A stretch of DNA of 64,000 bases, taken from NCBI GenBank assembly GCA_035649175.1, contig DASRKB010000033.1, positions 17,605-81,604 on the forward strand. The letters run 5' to 3'. The position numbers and the translations under genes are program-made. Positions 8,890-20,386 of the stretch are shown here, piece after piece. The number at the start of each line of letters is the position of its first letter. The stretch's first letter is position 1. Under the pieces are notes generated by a model. It was not told where the DNA came from and made no database searches. It saw only the letters and a program-made list of their open reading frames with translations. This DNA comes from Burkholderiales bacterium (lineage in GTDB: Bacteria; Pseudomonadota; Gammaproteobacteria; Burkholderiales; SG8-39).

Positions 8890-10202
8890 CTACTTGATCA
8901 GGACTTTGGGAAGCCACGTGGCGAGGGGCGGGAAGGCCACCACTGCGGCGAGCGCCACCATCCCCATTACGAGGTAGGGCGTAACCGCCCGCCACACCTG
9001 AGACATGGCGATCTCCTTCGGCGCTACGCTCTTCATCGTGAAGAGCAGCATGCCGAACGGCGGCGTGATGAGGCCGAGTTGCATGCACATGAGGAAAAGC
9101 ACCCCGAACCACACCACGTCGAAGCCGTAGGCCGCGACCAGAGGCATGAAGAACGGCAGGCAGATGAGCATCATGCTGACCTGGTCCACGAAGCACCCCA
9201 GCACGAGCAGGATGACGAGCATCGCGGCCAGTACGAGCCAGGGCGAGAGCTCCGCGCCGGTGATGGCCTGCACCAGCCCGTTCGTGGCTCCGGAGAAAGT
9301 CAGGATCTGCGCGAACGTGGTGGCTCCGACGATGATGAACAGGATGATGCCGGAGATGCCCGCCGTGCCCATGAGCGCGCGCATGAGGTTGGATAGGGTC
9401 AGCGCCCGATAGATCCACGCGACGACCACGGTCGCCACGGCACCGACCGCCGCCGCCTCCGTGGGCGTAGCCCAGCCCGCGGCCATTGCGGCTACCACCA
9501 CGACGAAGATCATGACGAGCGGCGCCACGTAGAGCAGCAACGGACCGAGCCGCTGCCAGAGCGACATCGGCTCGTGCTCGAACGCAGGCGCCAGCCCGGG
9601 CTCGAACGCGGCGCGGAGCACGATCCAGCCGACGAAGAGGCAGGACAGAAGCACTCCCGGGACGATGCCCGCGATGAGCAGCTGGGAGATCGAGATGCCG
9701 GCGAGGCTGCCGAGCAGTACCGCGAGGGCGGAGGGCGGGATCAGCATGTCCACCCCCCCGATCGCCATGATCGGCCCCATGGCCATGTTGGGGTGGTAGC
9801 CCCGCGCCAGCATCTGCGGCAAGAGGAGGCTGCCGAGCAGGGCGGTGGTCGCGATCGTCGAGCCGGAGATCGCGGAGAAGACGGTGCCCGCCACGACCGC
9901 AACGACCGCGAGCCTTCCCGGCACGCGCCAGATCAGGCGGTCGATCGCGTCGATCGCCTTCATCGCCACGCCGGTGTGGAAGAGGACCTCTCCCATGAGG
10001 ACGAAGAAAGGGATGGGCGTGAGCGAAAAGGAGGAGATCGAGGCGACGCCGTTCCGCACGAGCTGGATCATGCCGGCGTCCTTGCCGAGCCAGAACCATG
10101 CGCCGACGATGTTGATGCCGAGAAAGGCAAACGCCGCTGGCAGGGCAAGGGCGAAGAGCAAAGTCAACGACCCGAAGAGCAGGCATGCCGCTAACCACCA
10201 GG

Positions 10203-10206
<4 letters not shown>
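8890..10206 (-). CDS. TRAP transporter large permease (DctM family, 438 aa)
   Basis: Track ORF 8890..10281(-), trimmed to ATG 10206..10204 (MTWWLAACLLFGSLTLLF...), which overlaps the TGA of the DctQ gene (ATGA). Polytopic hydrophobic sequence typical of DctM. Confidence 0.9.
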
Positions 10207-12411
<2,205 letters not shown>

Positions 12412-12419
<8 letters not shown>

Positions 12420-13197
12420 ACCAACGCCGGCTCCGGCGGTACTGCTTCACCTCGCGGTAGCTCTTGCGGCGCCCGCCGGCAGCGCCCAGGTAGAACTCGC
12501 GGATGTCCTCGTGGGACATGAGCTTCTGCGGCGTGCCGTCGAGGACGATGCGGCCGTTTTCCATGACGTAGCCGTAGTCGGCCGCCTCGAGCGCCACCAG
12601 CGCGTTCTGCTCGACGAGCAGGATCGTGATGCCGGCCTCGCGGCGGATCGCCTGCAGGCGCTGCATCAGCTCTTGCACCAGGAGCGGCGCAAGCCCCTGC
12701 GAGAGCTCGTCGACGAGCAGCAGCTCTGGCGCGCAGCAAAGCGCCGAGCCGATGGCGAGCATCTGGCGCTCGCCGCCCGAGAGATATCCCGCGTCCCGGC
12801 GCCGGAGGGCGGCGAGCGCGGGGAAGAACTCATAGACGCGCTCGCGCGCGAAGCGGGCACCCGGCATCGCCACGGCGGCCTGGAGGTTCTCTTCCACCGT
12901 GAGGTTTTCGAACACCTTGCTGCGCTCGGGCACGAGGGCGACGCCCATCCTGGCGATCCGGTGCGGCGGCCGGTTCTCTATTCTTGCTTCCTTGAAAAGG
13001 ATGGTGCCCTCGGTGACGCGCGCGTCGTCCAGGCCGATGAAGCCGGAGATGGCGCGAAGCGTCGTGGTCTTGCCTGCGCCGTTGTTGCCGAGCAGCGCGA
13101 CGAGCGCGCCGCGGGGCACCTCGAGGGACACGCCCTGCACCGCGGTGATCACCCGGTGATAGACAACCTCCAGCTTCTCGACCTTGAGCAGGTTCAT
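12412..13197 (-). CDS. ABC transporter ATP-binding protein, LivF type (261 aa)
   Basis: This is the last 261 aa of track ORF 12412..13929(-), from ATG 13197..13195 (MNLLKVEKLEVVYHRV...). Walker A GNNGAGKTT, signature LSGGERQ, Walker B LLLVDE. The ATG overlaps the permease TGA (ATGA). Confidence 0.9.
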
Positions 13198-14216
13198 CGC
13201 TGCTTGAAGGGCCAGAGTAGGAACCAGTCGCGCACGCGGCGCCAGATGCCGACCAGTCCCTGCGGCTCGAAGACGAGGAACAGGATCATCACCAGGCCGA
13301 ACGCCGCGTAGTTCACCGCGAACACCACCGAGGACAGGCGCTCGGCAAGGCCGGAGGCGGCCATGGCGGCGTCGATGGCGTGAGGGAAGAGCACCACGAA
13401 CGCGGTGCCGAGTACCGCGCCGAGGATCGACCCCATGCCGCCGATGATGATCATCGCCACGTACTGGATCGTGAGGTAGAGCGAGAAGGCCTCCACCGAC
13501 ACGAAGCCACGAAAGTAGGCGAACAGGCACCCGGCGACGGCGGTGAGAGCCGAGGAGATGACGAACGCCGAGAGCTTGGCGCGCTTCACGTCGATCCCGA
13601 GCGCCTCGGCCACCGCCTCGCGGCCGTGGATGGCGCGCCAGGCGCGGCCGGTGCGCGAGCGCAGGAGGTTCAGGCTGAAGACGATGGTGAGCGTGCAGGC
13701 CGCGAGAAGCGCGAAGTACCAGTGTCGCGCGTCCGTGATGGGGGGATCGACCAGGATTCCCGTCGAGTAGCCTCGCTTTGTCTCGTATTCCGCGCCCGCG
13801 TGGATCACGATGAAGTGCAGGGCGAGCGTCGACACGGCGAGGTATAGGCCGCGCAGCCGCAGGCTCGGCAGGCCGAACGCCAGGCCGAGCGCCGCGCCCA
13901 CCGCCGCGGAGGCGGGGAGGGTCACCCAAAAGGGCGCGGCGAGCTCCTTGAAGAGAATGCCGGTCGTGAAAGCGCCGGCGGCCAGCAGGCCCGCGTGCCC
14001 CAGCGAGATCTGCCCGGCGAAGCCGGTCAGCAGCATGAGCGCCACCGCGCCGATCGCGCCGAGCAGTATCTGGTTCGCGAGGTCAAGCCATAGCGGACCG
14101 GCGATGAAGGGAACCGTGAGGAGCAACGCTACCAGCACCGCGAACCAGGCTTTTTGCGCCCGGGTGTCGAGGAGCGCCACCTCCTCCAGGTAGCTCGTGC
14201 GGAAGTAGCCGCTCAT
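13194..14216 (-). CDS. branched-chain-amino-acid-type (HAAT) ABC permease, LivM type (340 aa)
   Basis: This is the last 340 aa of track ORF 13194..15872(-), from ATG 14216..14214 (MSGYFRTSYLEEVALLDTRAQKAWFAVLVALLL...). Polytopic. ATGA overlap with the upstream permease gene. Confidence 0.9.
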   Translation of the reverse strand: MSGYFRTSYLEEVALLDTRAQKAWFAVLVALLLTVPFIAGPLWLDLANQILLGAIGAVALMLLTGFAGQISLGHAGLLAAGAFTTGILFKELAAPFWVTLPASAAVGAALGLAFGLPSLRLRGLYLAVSTLALHFIVIHAGAEYETKRGYSTGILVDPPITDARHWYFALLAACTLTIVFSLNLLRSRTGRAWRAIHGREAVAEALGIDVKRAKLSAFVISSALTAVAGCLFAYFRGFVSVEAFSLYLTIQYVAMIIIGGMGSILGAVLGTAFVVLFPHAIDAAMAASGLAERLSSVVFAVNYAAFGLVMILFLVFEPQGLVGIWRRVRDWFLLWPFKQR

Positions 14217-15082
14217 ACCCGGTCGAGCTCCTCCCGGCTTCCGAGTAGGCCCCAGGGCCGAACTATGAGCATGAGAAGCAGCACGACGAAGGGCACGACC
14301 TCCGAGAGCAGGGGGTCGACGTAGTGGATGAGCAGCACCTCGGCGGTCGCGATGATGAGCGAGCCCAGCAGCGCCCCGAGCAAGCTGTCGAGCCCGCCCA
14401 CCAGGGCGGCGGGAAAGGCCTTGAGCCCGATGACGACGAGCGTGCCCTCGAGGCCTGCGTCGGAGGCGATCAACATGCCGGCGAGTCCGCCGGTCAGCGT
14501 AGCGAGCCCCCAGGCGAGCGCGTAGATCCCGTGCAGCCCGATGCCGCGCTGGGCGGCAAGCAGCGGATGCTGCCCCGCTGCGCGCATGCGAACGCCCAAG
14601 CGGCTCAGCCGCAGAAAGGCGAACAGCGCGGCATAGACGAGCGCCGTGCAGAGGACGAGGGCGAGGCCGACCGCCGAGATGCGCGCCTCGCCGACGGCGA
14701 GCGAGGCATTCTCCCAGCCCAGGTCGCGCAGCGGATACTGCGTCTGCGTGCCGAAGAAGAGGATCATGGCGCCGCGCAGCAGGATGCCCAGCGCGATGGT
14801 GGCAAGGACGGCGGCGAGGACCGACTCGCCGGTCATCCGCCAGATGAGCGCCAGGTACACCGCCGTCCCTACCGCGGCCGCGAGCGCGAGCGAAGCGCCA
14901 ATTGCCACGAGCGGATGGCCGCTGAAAAGCGAGGCTGTTGCGTACAGTCCGTACGCGCCGAGCATCATGAGCTCGCCGTGCGCGAGCGACAGCACACGGC
15001 TCACGCGGTAGATCAGCACGTACCCGCAGCAGATCAGCGCATAGATCGACGCGAGGACTGCGATGTTGACCGCAAGCTGCAC
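14213..15082 (-). CDS. HAAT ABC permease, LivH type (289 aa, GTG start)
   Basis: Track ORF 14213..15082(-). Polytopic, with the LivH-like start ...NIAVLASIYALICCGYVLIY. GTG 15082..15080 directly abuts the TAG of the binding-protein gene. Confidence 0.9.
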   Translation of the reverse strand: MQLAVNIAVLASIYALICCGYVLIYRVSRVLSLAHGELMMLGAYGLYATASLFSGHPLVAIGASLALAAAVGTAVYLALIWRMTGESVLAAVLATIALGILLRGAMILFFGTQTQYPLRDLGWENASLAVGEARISAVGLALVLCTALVYAALFAFLRLSRLGVRMRAAGQHPLLAAQRGIGLHGIYALAWGLATLTGGLAGMLIASDAGLEGTLVVIGLKAFPAALVGGLDSLLGALLGSLIIATAEVLLIHYVDPLLSEVVPFVVLLLMLIVRPWGLLGSREELDRV

Positions 15083-16240
15083 CTAGCGCTTGACGTCGAT
15101 CGCCTGCCAGTCCTGGGCACGCACGACACGGTTGGCCTTCGCGTCCCAATGCCAGACGCGGTAATACTGGCGCGTGCGGAAGTGGTTGTCCTTGGTCCAC
15201 TCGAGCGGCCCGCCGCGCAGGCCCTTCAAGTCGACCTTCACCTGATTCATGGCGGCAAGCGCCTTCTGCGGCGTCGGCGGCCAGGACGTGTTCTTCAGCA
15301 CCTGCTCCATCACCAGGCCGACCACGAAGCCCTCGGTCAGGTAGGACACCGGCCACTGCAGGTTCGCCTTGGCGGCGACGGCCCGGATCTCGGCGTGGAT
15401 CGGCAAATCGTCCTGCAGCATGGCGTTGGTGCCGATGACGTAGAAGCTTGGATCCTTTATGCGCCCCAGTTCCTCTTCGGCGTTGAGGTGCGCCCATGTG
15501 ATGTAGGGCCCGCTCCAGCCTAGGCGCCGCATCGATTCGAAGGTGCGCACCTGCGCCACCCACGGCGACCAGGACCACACCCACGTCGGATTCGCCTCCG
15601 CCAGCTTCGTGGCGAATGGCGTGTAATCGGGCGTCGGCGGCGGCGAAATCTGCTTCTCCACCGGCGTCATGCCCATGGTCTTCGCCAGCCCCTCGGCGTA
15701 GTCGATTTCCGCGCGCGCGATGGGGATCGCCATGGCCTGGAAGCCGATCCGCACCGGCTCGCGCGCCCGCGCTTTGACGAACCCGAGCGCCGCCTGCGAG
15801 TCGAGGTTGGCGCCGAAAGCGGTGGAGCAGAACTGCAGCGGGTCGGCCGGCGGGTAGGTCTCCTTGGGGCACACCGCGCCGGCGAAATACAGAGGCACGC
15901 CGGCGCGTTTCGCTTCGGCGATCATCGGCGCATAGGTCGACGAAAGGCTCGTGTTGAGGAGAACGAGCACCTTGTCGGTGGCGATGAGCTGCTTGGCGTT
16001 GGTCGCCGCGCGCGAAGGCTGCGCCTGGTCGTCCATCACGATGACACGCACCGGCTTGCCGTTGATGCCGCCGCGGCCGTTGACGTGCTCGAGGTAAGCC
16101 TTCATTGCCTCGACCACTGGTGCATAGTTCGATGCCACCGGGCCCGTCATCGCGGCCGACACCCCGATGACGTAGGCGTCCTGGGCGTGCGCCGCGCCGA
16201 GCGGCAGAGCGATCGCGAGAATGGATGCGAGCTTCTTCAT
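15083..16240 (-). CDS. ABC transporter substrate-binding protein, LivK/amide-receptor fold (385 aa)
   Basis: Track ORF 15083..16240(-). Signal peptide MKKLASILAIALPLGAAHAQ and a GAGGAGGAG Shine-Dalgarno. Periplasmic-binding-protein type I sequence pattern. Confidence 0.9.
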   Translation of the reverse strand: MKKLASILAIALPLGAAHAQDAYVIGVSAAMTGPVASNYAPVVEAMKAYLEHVNGRGGINGKPVRVIVMDDQAQPSRAATNAKQLIATDKVLVLLNTSLSSTYAPMIAEAKRAGVPLYFAGAVCPKETYPPADPLQFCSTAFGANLDSQAALGFVKARAREPVRIGFQAMAIPIARAEIDYAEGLAKTMGMTPVEKQISPPPTPDYTPFATKLAEANPTWVWSWSPWVAQVRTFESMRRLGWSGPYITWAHLNAEEELGRIKDPSFYVIGTNAMLQDDLPIHAEIRAVAAKANLQWPVSYLTEGFVVGLVMEQVLKNTSWPPTPQKALAAMNQVKVDLKGLRGGPLEWTKDNHFRTRQYYRVWHWDAKANRVVRAQDWQAIDVKR

Positions 16241-16254
16241 GGGATCTCCTCCTC

Positions 16255-18084
16255 CTAGGTCAGTACTTCACCGATATCGCGGGCGACGAGCCGCTCCTCG
16301 CGGTCGTCGTACATCGATTCCACCAGGTCGCGGAAGCGCTCCAGCATCAGCGTGCGCTTGACCTTCCGTGTCGGGGTGACCGGCTCCCCCTCGTCTTCCG
16401 GGTCCAGCGCCTTGGGCAGAATGCGGAAGCTTTTCACCTGCTCCACTCGGGCGAGCGACGCGTTGGCCTTGGCGATCTCCGCCTCGACGAGCCTGCGCAC
16501 CTCCGCGTGCTCTGCGAGGCTCGTAAAGCCGGTGTACGAGATGTCGCGGTTGCGCGCCCAGTCGGCGACGGCCTCGTAGTCGATCTCCACGAGCGCCGTC
16601 ACGTACTTGCGGCCGTGGCCGATCACCATCGCCTCGGCGACGTACGGGCTGCAGCGCACCAGGTTCTCGATGTACGCGGGCGACAAGGTCTTGCCGCCGG
16701 CCGTGACGATGAAGTCCCGTGCCCGGTCCACGAGGCGCAGCACGCCATCCCTGATTTCCCCGATGTCGCCAGTGCGCAGCCACCCGTCCTCGCCTTTCAC
16801 CTCACGCGTCGCTTCCGGGTGATTCAGGTACTCCGCGAATACGTGCGAACCCCGCACCAAGATCTCACCGGCTTCGCTAAGCTTGAGCTCCCACCCAGGC
16901 GCGACCGTGCCGACGTTCCCGGGGCGAGGAAACGGCCCACGCTGCCCGGAGATGATGGCACCCGCCTCCTCGGTTTGCCCGTAGATCTCCAGCAGGTTCA
17001 CGCCCCAGATCTGCCACAACGCCGCCGTCTCGGGCGGTAGCGGGGCGCCCCCGGAAATCGCCAGCTCGACCTTGTCGAGGCCGAGCTGCTCGAGCAGGGG
17101 TTTGAAGACGCAGAGGCGCGCCAGGCCGTACAGGAGGTCGTTTGCGGACGATCCTTGCCATCGAGCCTTGGCATGCGCGCGGCCGACCTTCATCGCCAAG
17201 CCGTAGGCGGCGCGCTTGAGCGGCGTGGTGTTCCCGATGCGGATCAGAACCTGCGAAGCGAACTTTTGCATGTAGCGCGGCACGGTGACGAGCACCGTGG
17301 GCGCCACCTCGTAGAGGGTGCGCGGCAGGTCCTCGACATCCTCGCCGAAGTGCGGCGTGGGCCCGCCGAGCAGCGGCAGCGTGATTCCCATGTCGCGGCC
17401 GAGGATGTGGCAGAGCGGCAGGTAAATCACGGTGCGCTGCCCGTGCTTCGCGAGCTCAGGATAGTGCTCGATCATGTTCTTGGCCGCGGCGACGTGCGTC
17501 GCGTGCGTGACGACGGCGCCTTTCGGATTTCCCGTCGTGCCCGAGGTATAGACGATGAACGCGGCGGCCTCGGGCTTGATGCCTTCGCAAAGCTGGTCGA
17601 GCGACGGATCGCCTTGGCGCGCCATCAATTCTTCAAAAGTGGTAAACCGCGAGCGGTCGTAAGCGAACATGGCGGAGTCGTCGATGACCACGATGCGCCG
17701 CAGCCCGGGAAGCCGCTCGAGCAGAGGCAACAGCTTGTCGACGTACTCCTGGTCCTCAGCCACGAAGAATGAGGCGTTGGCGTCGCGCAGCTGGTACTCG
17801 AGCTCCGCGGCAGACGCCGTCGGATAGATGCCGAAGCTCACGCCGCCCGCCGCCTGGACGCCGAGGTCGGCGATGACCCACTCCTCGCGGGCATCGCCCA
17901 TGATGCCGACGCGCTCGCCCGCCTGCAGGCCAAGCCGGCGGAAGCCCGCGGCGCAGCGCGCCACGTTCTCGCCGTGCTTGCGCCACGAGACCTCGCGGTA
18001 GAGGCCCAGGCGCTTGGCGCGGTACGCCAGGCCTCCAGGGTCTCTGCGCGCCAGGGCGGCCAGGAGGTGCAGAGCGCTCTTCAA
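16255..18084 (-). CDS. AMP-dependent acyl-CoA synthetase/ligase (long-chain fatty-acid-CoA ligase-like, ~609 aa; start uncertain)
   Basis: Track ORF 16255..18171(-). AMP-binding motif YTSGTTGNPKG, plus GYGQTE-like IYGQTEEAG and TGD. The family-typical N-terminus begins near LKSALHLLAALARRDPGGLAY. I therefore take TTG 18084..18082, which overlaps the tetR TGA (TTGA). The ATG at 18171 would add an Arg-rich 29-aa lead lying inside tetR. Confidence 0.75.
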   Translation of the reverse strand: MKSALHLLAALARRDPGGLAYRAKRLGLYREVSWRKHGENVARCAAGFRRLGLQAGERVGIMGDAREEWVIADLGVQAAGGVSFGIYPTASAAELEYQLRDANASFFVAEDQEYVDKLLPLLERLPGLRRIVVIDDSAMFAYDRSRFTTFEELMARQGDPSLDQLCEGIKPEAAAFIVYTSGTTGNPKGAVVTHATHVAAAKNMIEHYPELAKHGQRTVIYLPLCHILGRDMGITLPLLGGPTPHFGEDVEDLPRTLYEVAPTVLVTVPRYMQKFASQVLIRIGNTTPLKRAAYGLAMKVGRAHAKARWQGSSANDLLYGLARLCVFKPLLEQLGLDKVELAISGGAPLPPETAALWQIWGVNLLEIYGQTEEAGAIISGQRGPFPRPGNVGTVAPGWELKLSEAGEILVRGSHVFAEYLNHPEATREVKGEDGWLRTGDIGEIRDGVLRLVDRARDFIVTAGGKTLSPAYIENLVRCSPYVAEAMVIGHGRKYVTALVEIDYEAVADWARNRDISYTGFTSLAEHAEVRRLVEAEIAKANASLARVEQVKSFRILPKALDPEDEGEPVTPTRKVKRTLMLERFRDLVESMYDDREERLVARDIGEVLT

Positions 18085-18686
18085 TGCCGGACCCCTAGCG
18101 CGCGCACGAGAAGGTCGATGTAAGCGCGAAGCATGCGCTCGGGCGTCACGTCCGCTTCCCTGCCGTACCATGCCGCAGCCGAATTGCCGAGGCCGAGCAG
18201 CGCTAGCGTGGTCATGCGAGCGTCGAGATCCGACCGGAACTCGCCCGAGCGAATGCCTTGCTCGACGATGCGCTGAATGGCGCGCTCGTACCGGAGCTCG
18301 AGCGCCCGGATACGCCGGCGTGCCGGCCCGGGCAGGAAACGCCGCTCGCGCAGGAAGACGAGCGTGAAATCGAGTCGCTCGGGTGCAGCGTGGTGAAGCA
18401 GGACCTGCGCGACCTTTTCCGACGAGGTCGCGTCGCTACGTGCAATCTGGAGAAGGCGCTCGACGTAGGCCTCGTGTCCCTCGCGGCAGACGGCTTCGAG
18501 CGCGGCCTCCTTGGAATCGAAGTAGTAATAGAGGCTCGCCTGCCGGATGCCCAGAACGTCGGCGATATCCTGAGTGGAGGCGCCGTGGTAGCCCCGCTTG
18601 GCGAACACCTTGGCGGCTGCGCCGATGACCTCCGATAGCCGGCGTCGCACGCCGGCAGCACCGCGCGGTTCGGCCAGCGCCTTCAC
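18081..18686 (-). CDS. TetR/AcrR-family transcriptional regulator (201 aa, GTG start)
   Basis: This is the last 201 aa of track ORF 18081..19847(-). The HTH is AAKVFAKRGYHGASTQDIADVLGIRQASLYYYF. GTG 18686..18684 is preceded at 5 nt by GGAGGAGG. Everything upstream in the track ORF is antisense to the MetE-like gene. Confidence 0.85.
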   Translation of the reverse strand: MKALAEPRGAAGVRRRLSEVIGAAAKVFAKRGYHGASTQDIADVLGIRQASLYYYFDSKEAALEAVCREGHEAYVERLLQIARSDATSSEKVAQVLLHHAAPERLDFTLVFLRERRFLPGPARRRIRALELRYERAIQRIVEQGIRSGEFRSDLDARMTTLALLGLGNSAAAWYGREADVTPERMLRAYIDLLVRALGVRH

Positions 18687-18716
18687 GAAACCTCCTCCAG
18701 TTCCAAGGCCACTCGA

Positions 18717-18734
18717 TTCTATAGCACAATAGAA
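18717..18734. promoter_or_regulatory. candidate TetR operator: inverted repeat TTCTAT-N6-ATAGAA
   Basis: A perfect 6-bp inverted repeat (18717..18722 and 18729..18734) lies in the AT-richer 63-bp divergent region between tetR (start 18686) and the MetE-like gene (start 18750). Confidence 0.35.
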
Positions 18735-18749
18735 AAGAGGAGATACCCG

Positions 18750-19820
18750 ATGATTCCACCGTTCCGTGCCGACCATATCGGCAGCCTTTTGCGGCCGAAG
18801 AGATTGCGCGAGGCCTTCCGCGCGCATGCGGAGAAACGCATTCCGGAGCAGGACTTCCGCGCTGCACAAGACGAGGCGATCCGAGCGGTGGTCGGGCTGC
18901 AGCGTGATTGCGGTCTGAAGGTGATCACCGATGGCGAGTTCCGCCGCATCTCGTACTGGGAAAAGTTCGTGCGCCTGACGAAAGGCCTGGAGGTCCGGGA
19001 TGCCTTCCTGACTTTCCACGATGCCGAAGGGCACGAGAAGAGCTTCACCGCGCCCTACGTCAGCGGCAAGGTCGGTCGCGACGAGCCCATTACGCTCGAC
19101 GAATGGGGATTCGGAAACACGAAGATCACGATGCCGGCACCCTCGACCATGCATTTCTACCGCTTTACCGACTGGGGCAGCGCCTACAAGAGCGCCGAGG
19201 AGTTCTTCCGCGACCTTGGACGCGTGTATCAGCAGGAGATCGCCGACCTGGCGAAGGCAGGCTGTCGTTACGTCCAGCTGGACGAGGTCGCCGTGGCGAT
19301 CCTCTGCGACCCGGCGGCGCGCGAAAAGGTCAAGGCGGCCGGCGAGGACCCGGACCGGCTGGTCGACCTCTACATCGGCGCGATCAACGAAGCGGTAAAG
19401 AACCGTCCCGCCGGGGTTACGGTCGGCGTGCACGTCTGCCGGGGCAATTACAAAGGCATGTACCTCTCCGAGGGCGGCTACGATTCCGTCGCCGAGCGCT
19501 TCTTCGGCCGGACGAAGGTCAACCATTTCCTGCTCGAGTTCGACACGCCGCGCGCCGGCGGCTTTGCGCCGCTGCGCCACGTGCCGAAGGACAAGGGCGT
19601 GGTTCTCGGGCTGGTGAGCTCGAAGACGCCGGTGCTCGAGAAAATGGATGTCTTGAGGAAAAGAGCCGAAGAAGCGGCGCAATACATCGACGCTTCGCGA
19701 CTCGCCATCGGCCCGCAATGCGGCTTCGCCAGCACCATGGGTGGCAACCCGGTGACCGAAGCCGACGAGCGCGCCAAGCTCCGGCTCTGTGTCGATGCCG
19801 CCAGCAAGATCTGGGGCTGA
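18750..19820 (+). CDS. cobalamin-independent methionine synthase II family (MetE C-terminal-domain fold) protein, paralog A1 (356 aa)
   Basis: Track ORF 18750..19820(+). An AGAGGAG Shine-Dalgarno lies upstream. The N-terminus is MIPPFRADHIGSLLRPKRL. A MetE-type zinc-site pattern is present: HVCRGN ... LLEFDT ... IGPQCGF. Confidence 0.85.
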   Translation: MIPPFRADHIGSLLRPKRLREAFRAHAEKRIPEQDFRAAQDEAIRAVVGLQRDCGLKVITDGEFRRISYWEKFVRLTKGLEVRDAFLTFHDAEGHEKSFTAPYVSGKVGRDEPITLDEWGFGNTKITMPAPSTMHFYRFTDWGSAYKSAEEFFRDLGRVYQQEIADLAKAGCRYVQLDEVAVAILCDPAAREKVKAAGEDPDRLVDLYIGAINEAVKNRPAGVTVGVHVCRGNYKGMYLSEGGYDSVAERFFGRTKVNHFLLEFDTPRAGGFAPLRHVPKDKGVVLGLVSSKTPVLEKMDVLRKRAEEAAQYIDASRLAIGPQCGFASTMGGNPVTEADERAKLRLCVDAASKIWG

Positions 19821-20382
19821 GAAGAAGCGCTGCGCCTGGGCGCGCAATCCGTTCGCGGTCGCCTACCACGACCGCGAATGGGGCGTGCCGGCGCGCGACG
19901 ATCGCAAGCTCTTCGAGCTCCTGATCCTCGAAGGCGCGCAGGCGGGCCTATCCTGGGACACGATCCTCGCCAAGCGGGAAAACTACCGCCGCGCCTTCGA
20001 CAGGTTCGATCCGCGCAAGGTCGCGCGTTACGGCGCGGCGAAGAAACGGCGGCTGCTTGCCGATGCCGGCATCGTGCGCAACCGGGCGAAGATCGACGCG
20101 GCAGTGACAAACGCGCGCGCTTTCCTGGACGTGCAGAAGGAGTTTGGAACCTTCTCCAGGTATGTATGGGGCTTCACCGGCGGCAAGCCCCTGCAGGGGC
20201 GCCGCCGTGCGCTCAAGGACATCCCGGCCTCGAGCCGCGAGTCGGACGCGCTCTCCAAGGACCTCAAGCGCCGCGGGTTCAAGTTCGTCGGCACCACGAT
20301 CATGTACGCCTTCATGCAGGCGGTGGGCATGGTGAACGACCACACCCGGGATTGCTTCCGCCACAGGGCGCTAGCACGATAA
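19795..20382 (+). CDS. tag: DNA-3-methyladenine glycosylase I (195 aa)
   Basis: Track ORF 19789..20382(+). ...RCAWARNPFAVAYHDREWGVPARDDRKLFELLILEGAQAGLSWDTILAKRENYR...GFKFVGTTIMYAFMQAVGMVNDH matches the E. coli Tag pattern throughout. I take ATG 19795, which overlaps the upstream gene by 26 nt; GTG 19789 is the alternative. Confidence 0.85.
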   Translation: MPPARSGAEKKRCAWARNPFAVAYHDREWGVPARDDRKLFELLILEGAQAGLSWDTILAKRENYRRAFDRFDPRKVARYGAAKKRRLLADAGIVRNRAKIDAAVTNARAFLDVQKEFGTFSRYVWGFTGGKPLQGRRRALKDIPASSRESDALSKDLKRRGFKFVGTTIMYAFMQAVGMVNDHTRDCFRHRALAR

Positions 20383-20386
20383 GCAG

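Noticed and set aside
18085-18171. ATG at 18171 as the start of the acyl-CoA ligase, as given by the ORF track.
   Set aside because: It would add MVRQGSGRDARAHASRLHRPSRARARGPA, an Arg-rich lead lying entirely inside the tetR coding sequence. The family-typical N-terminus begins at the TTG that overlaps the tetR stop. The start remains uncertain without N-terminal data.
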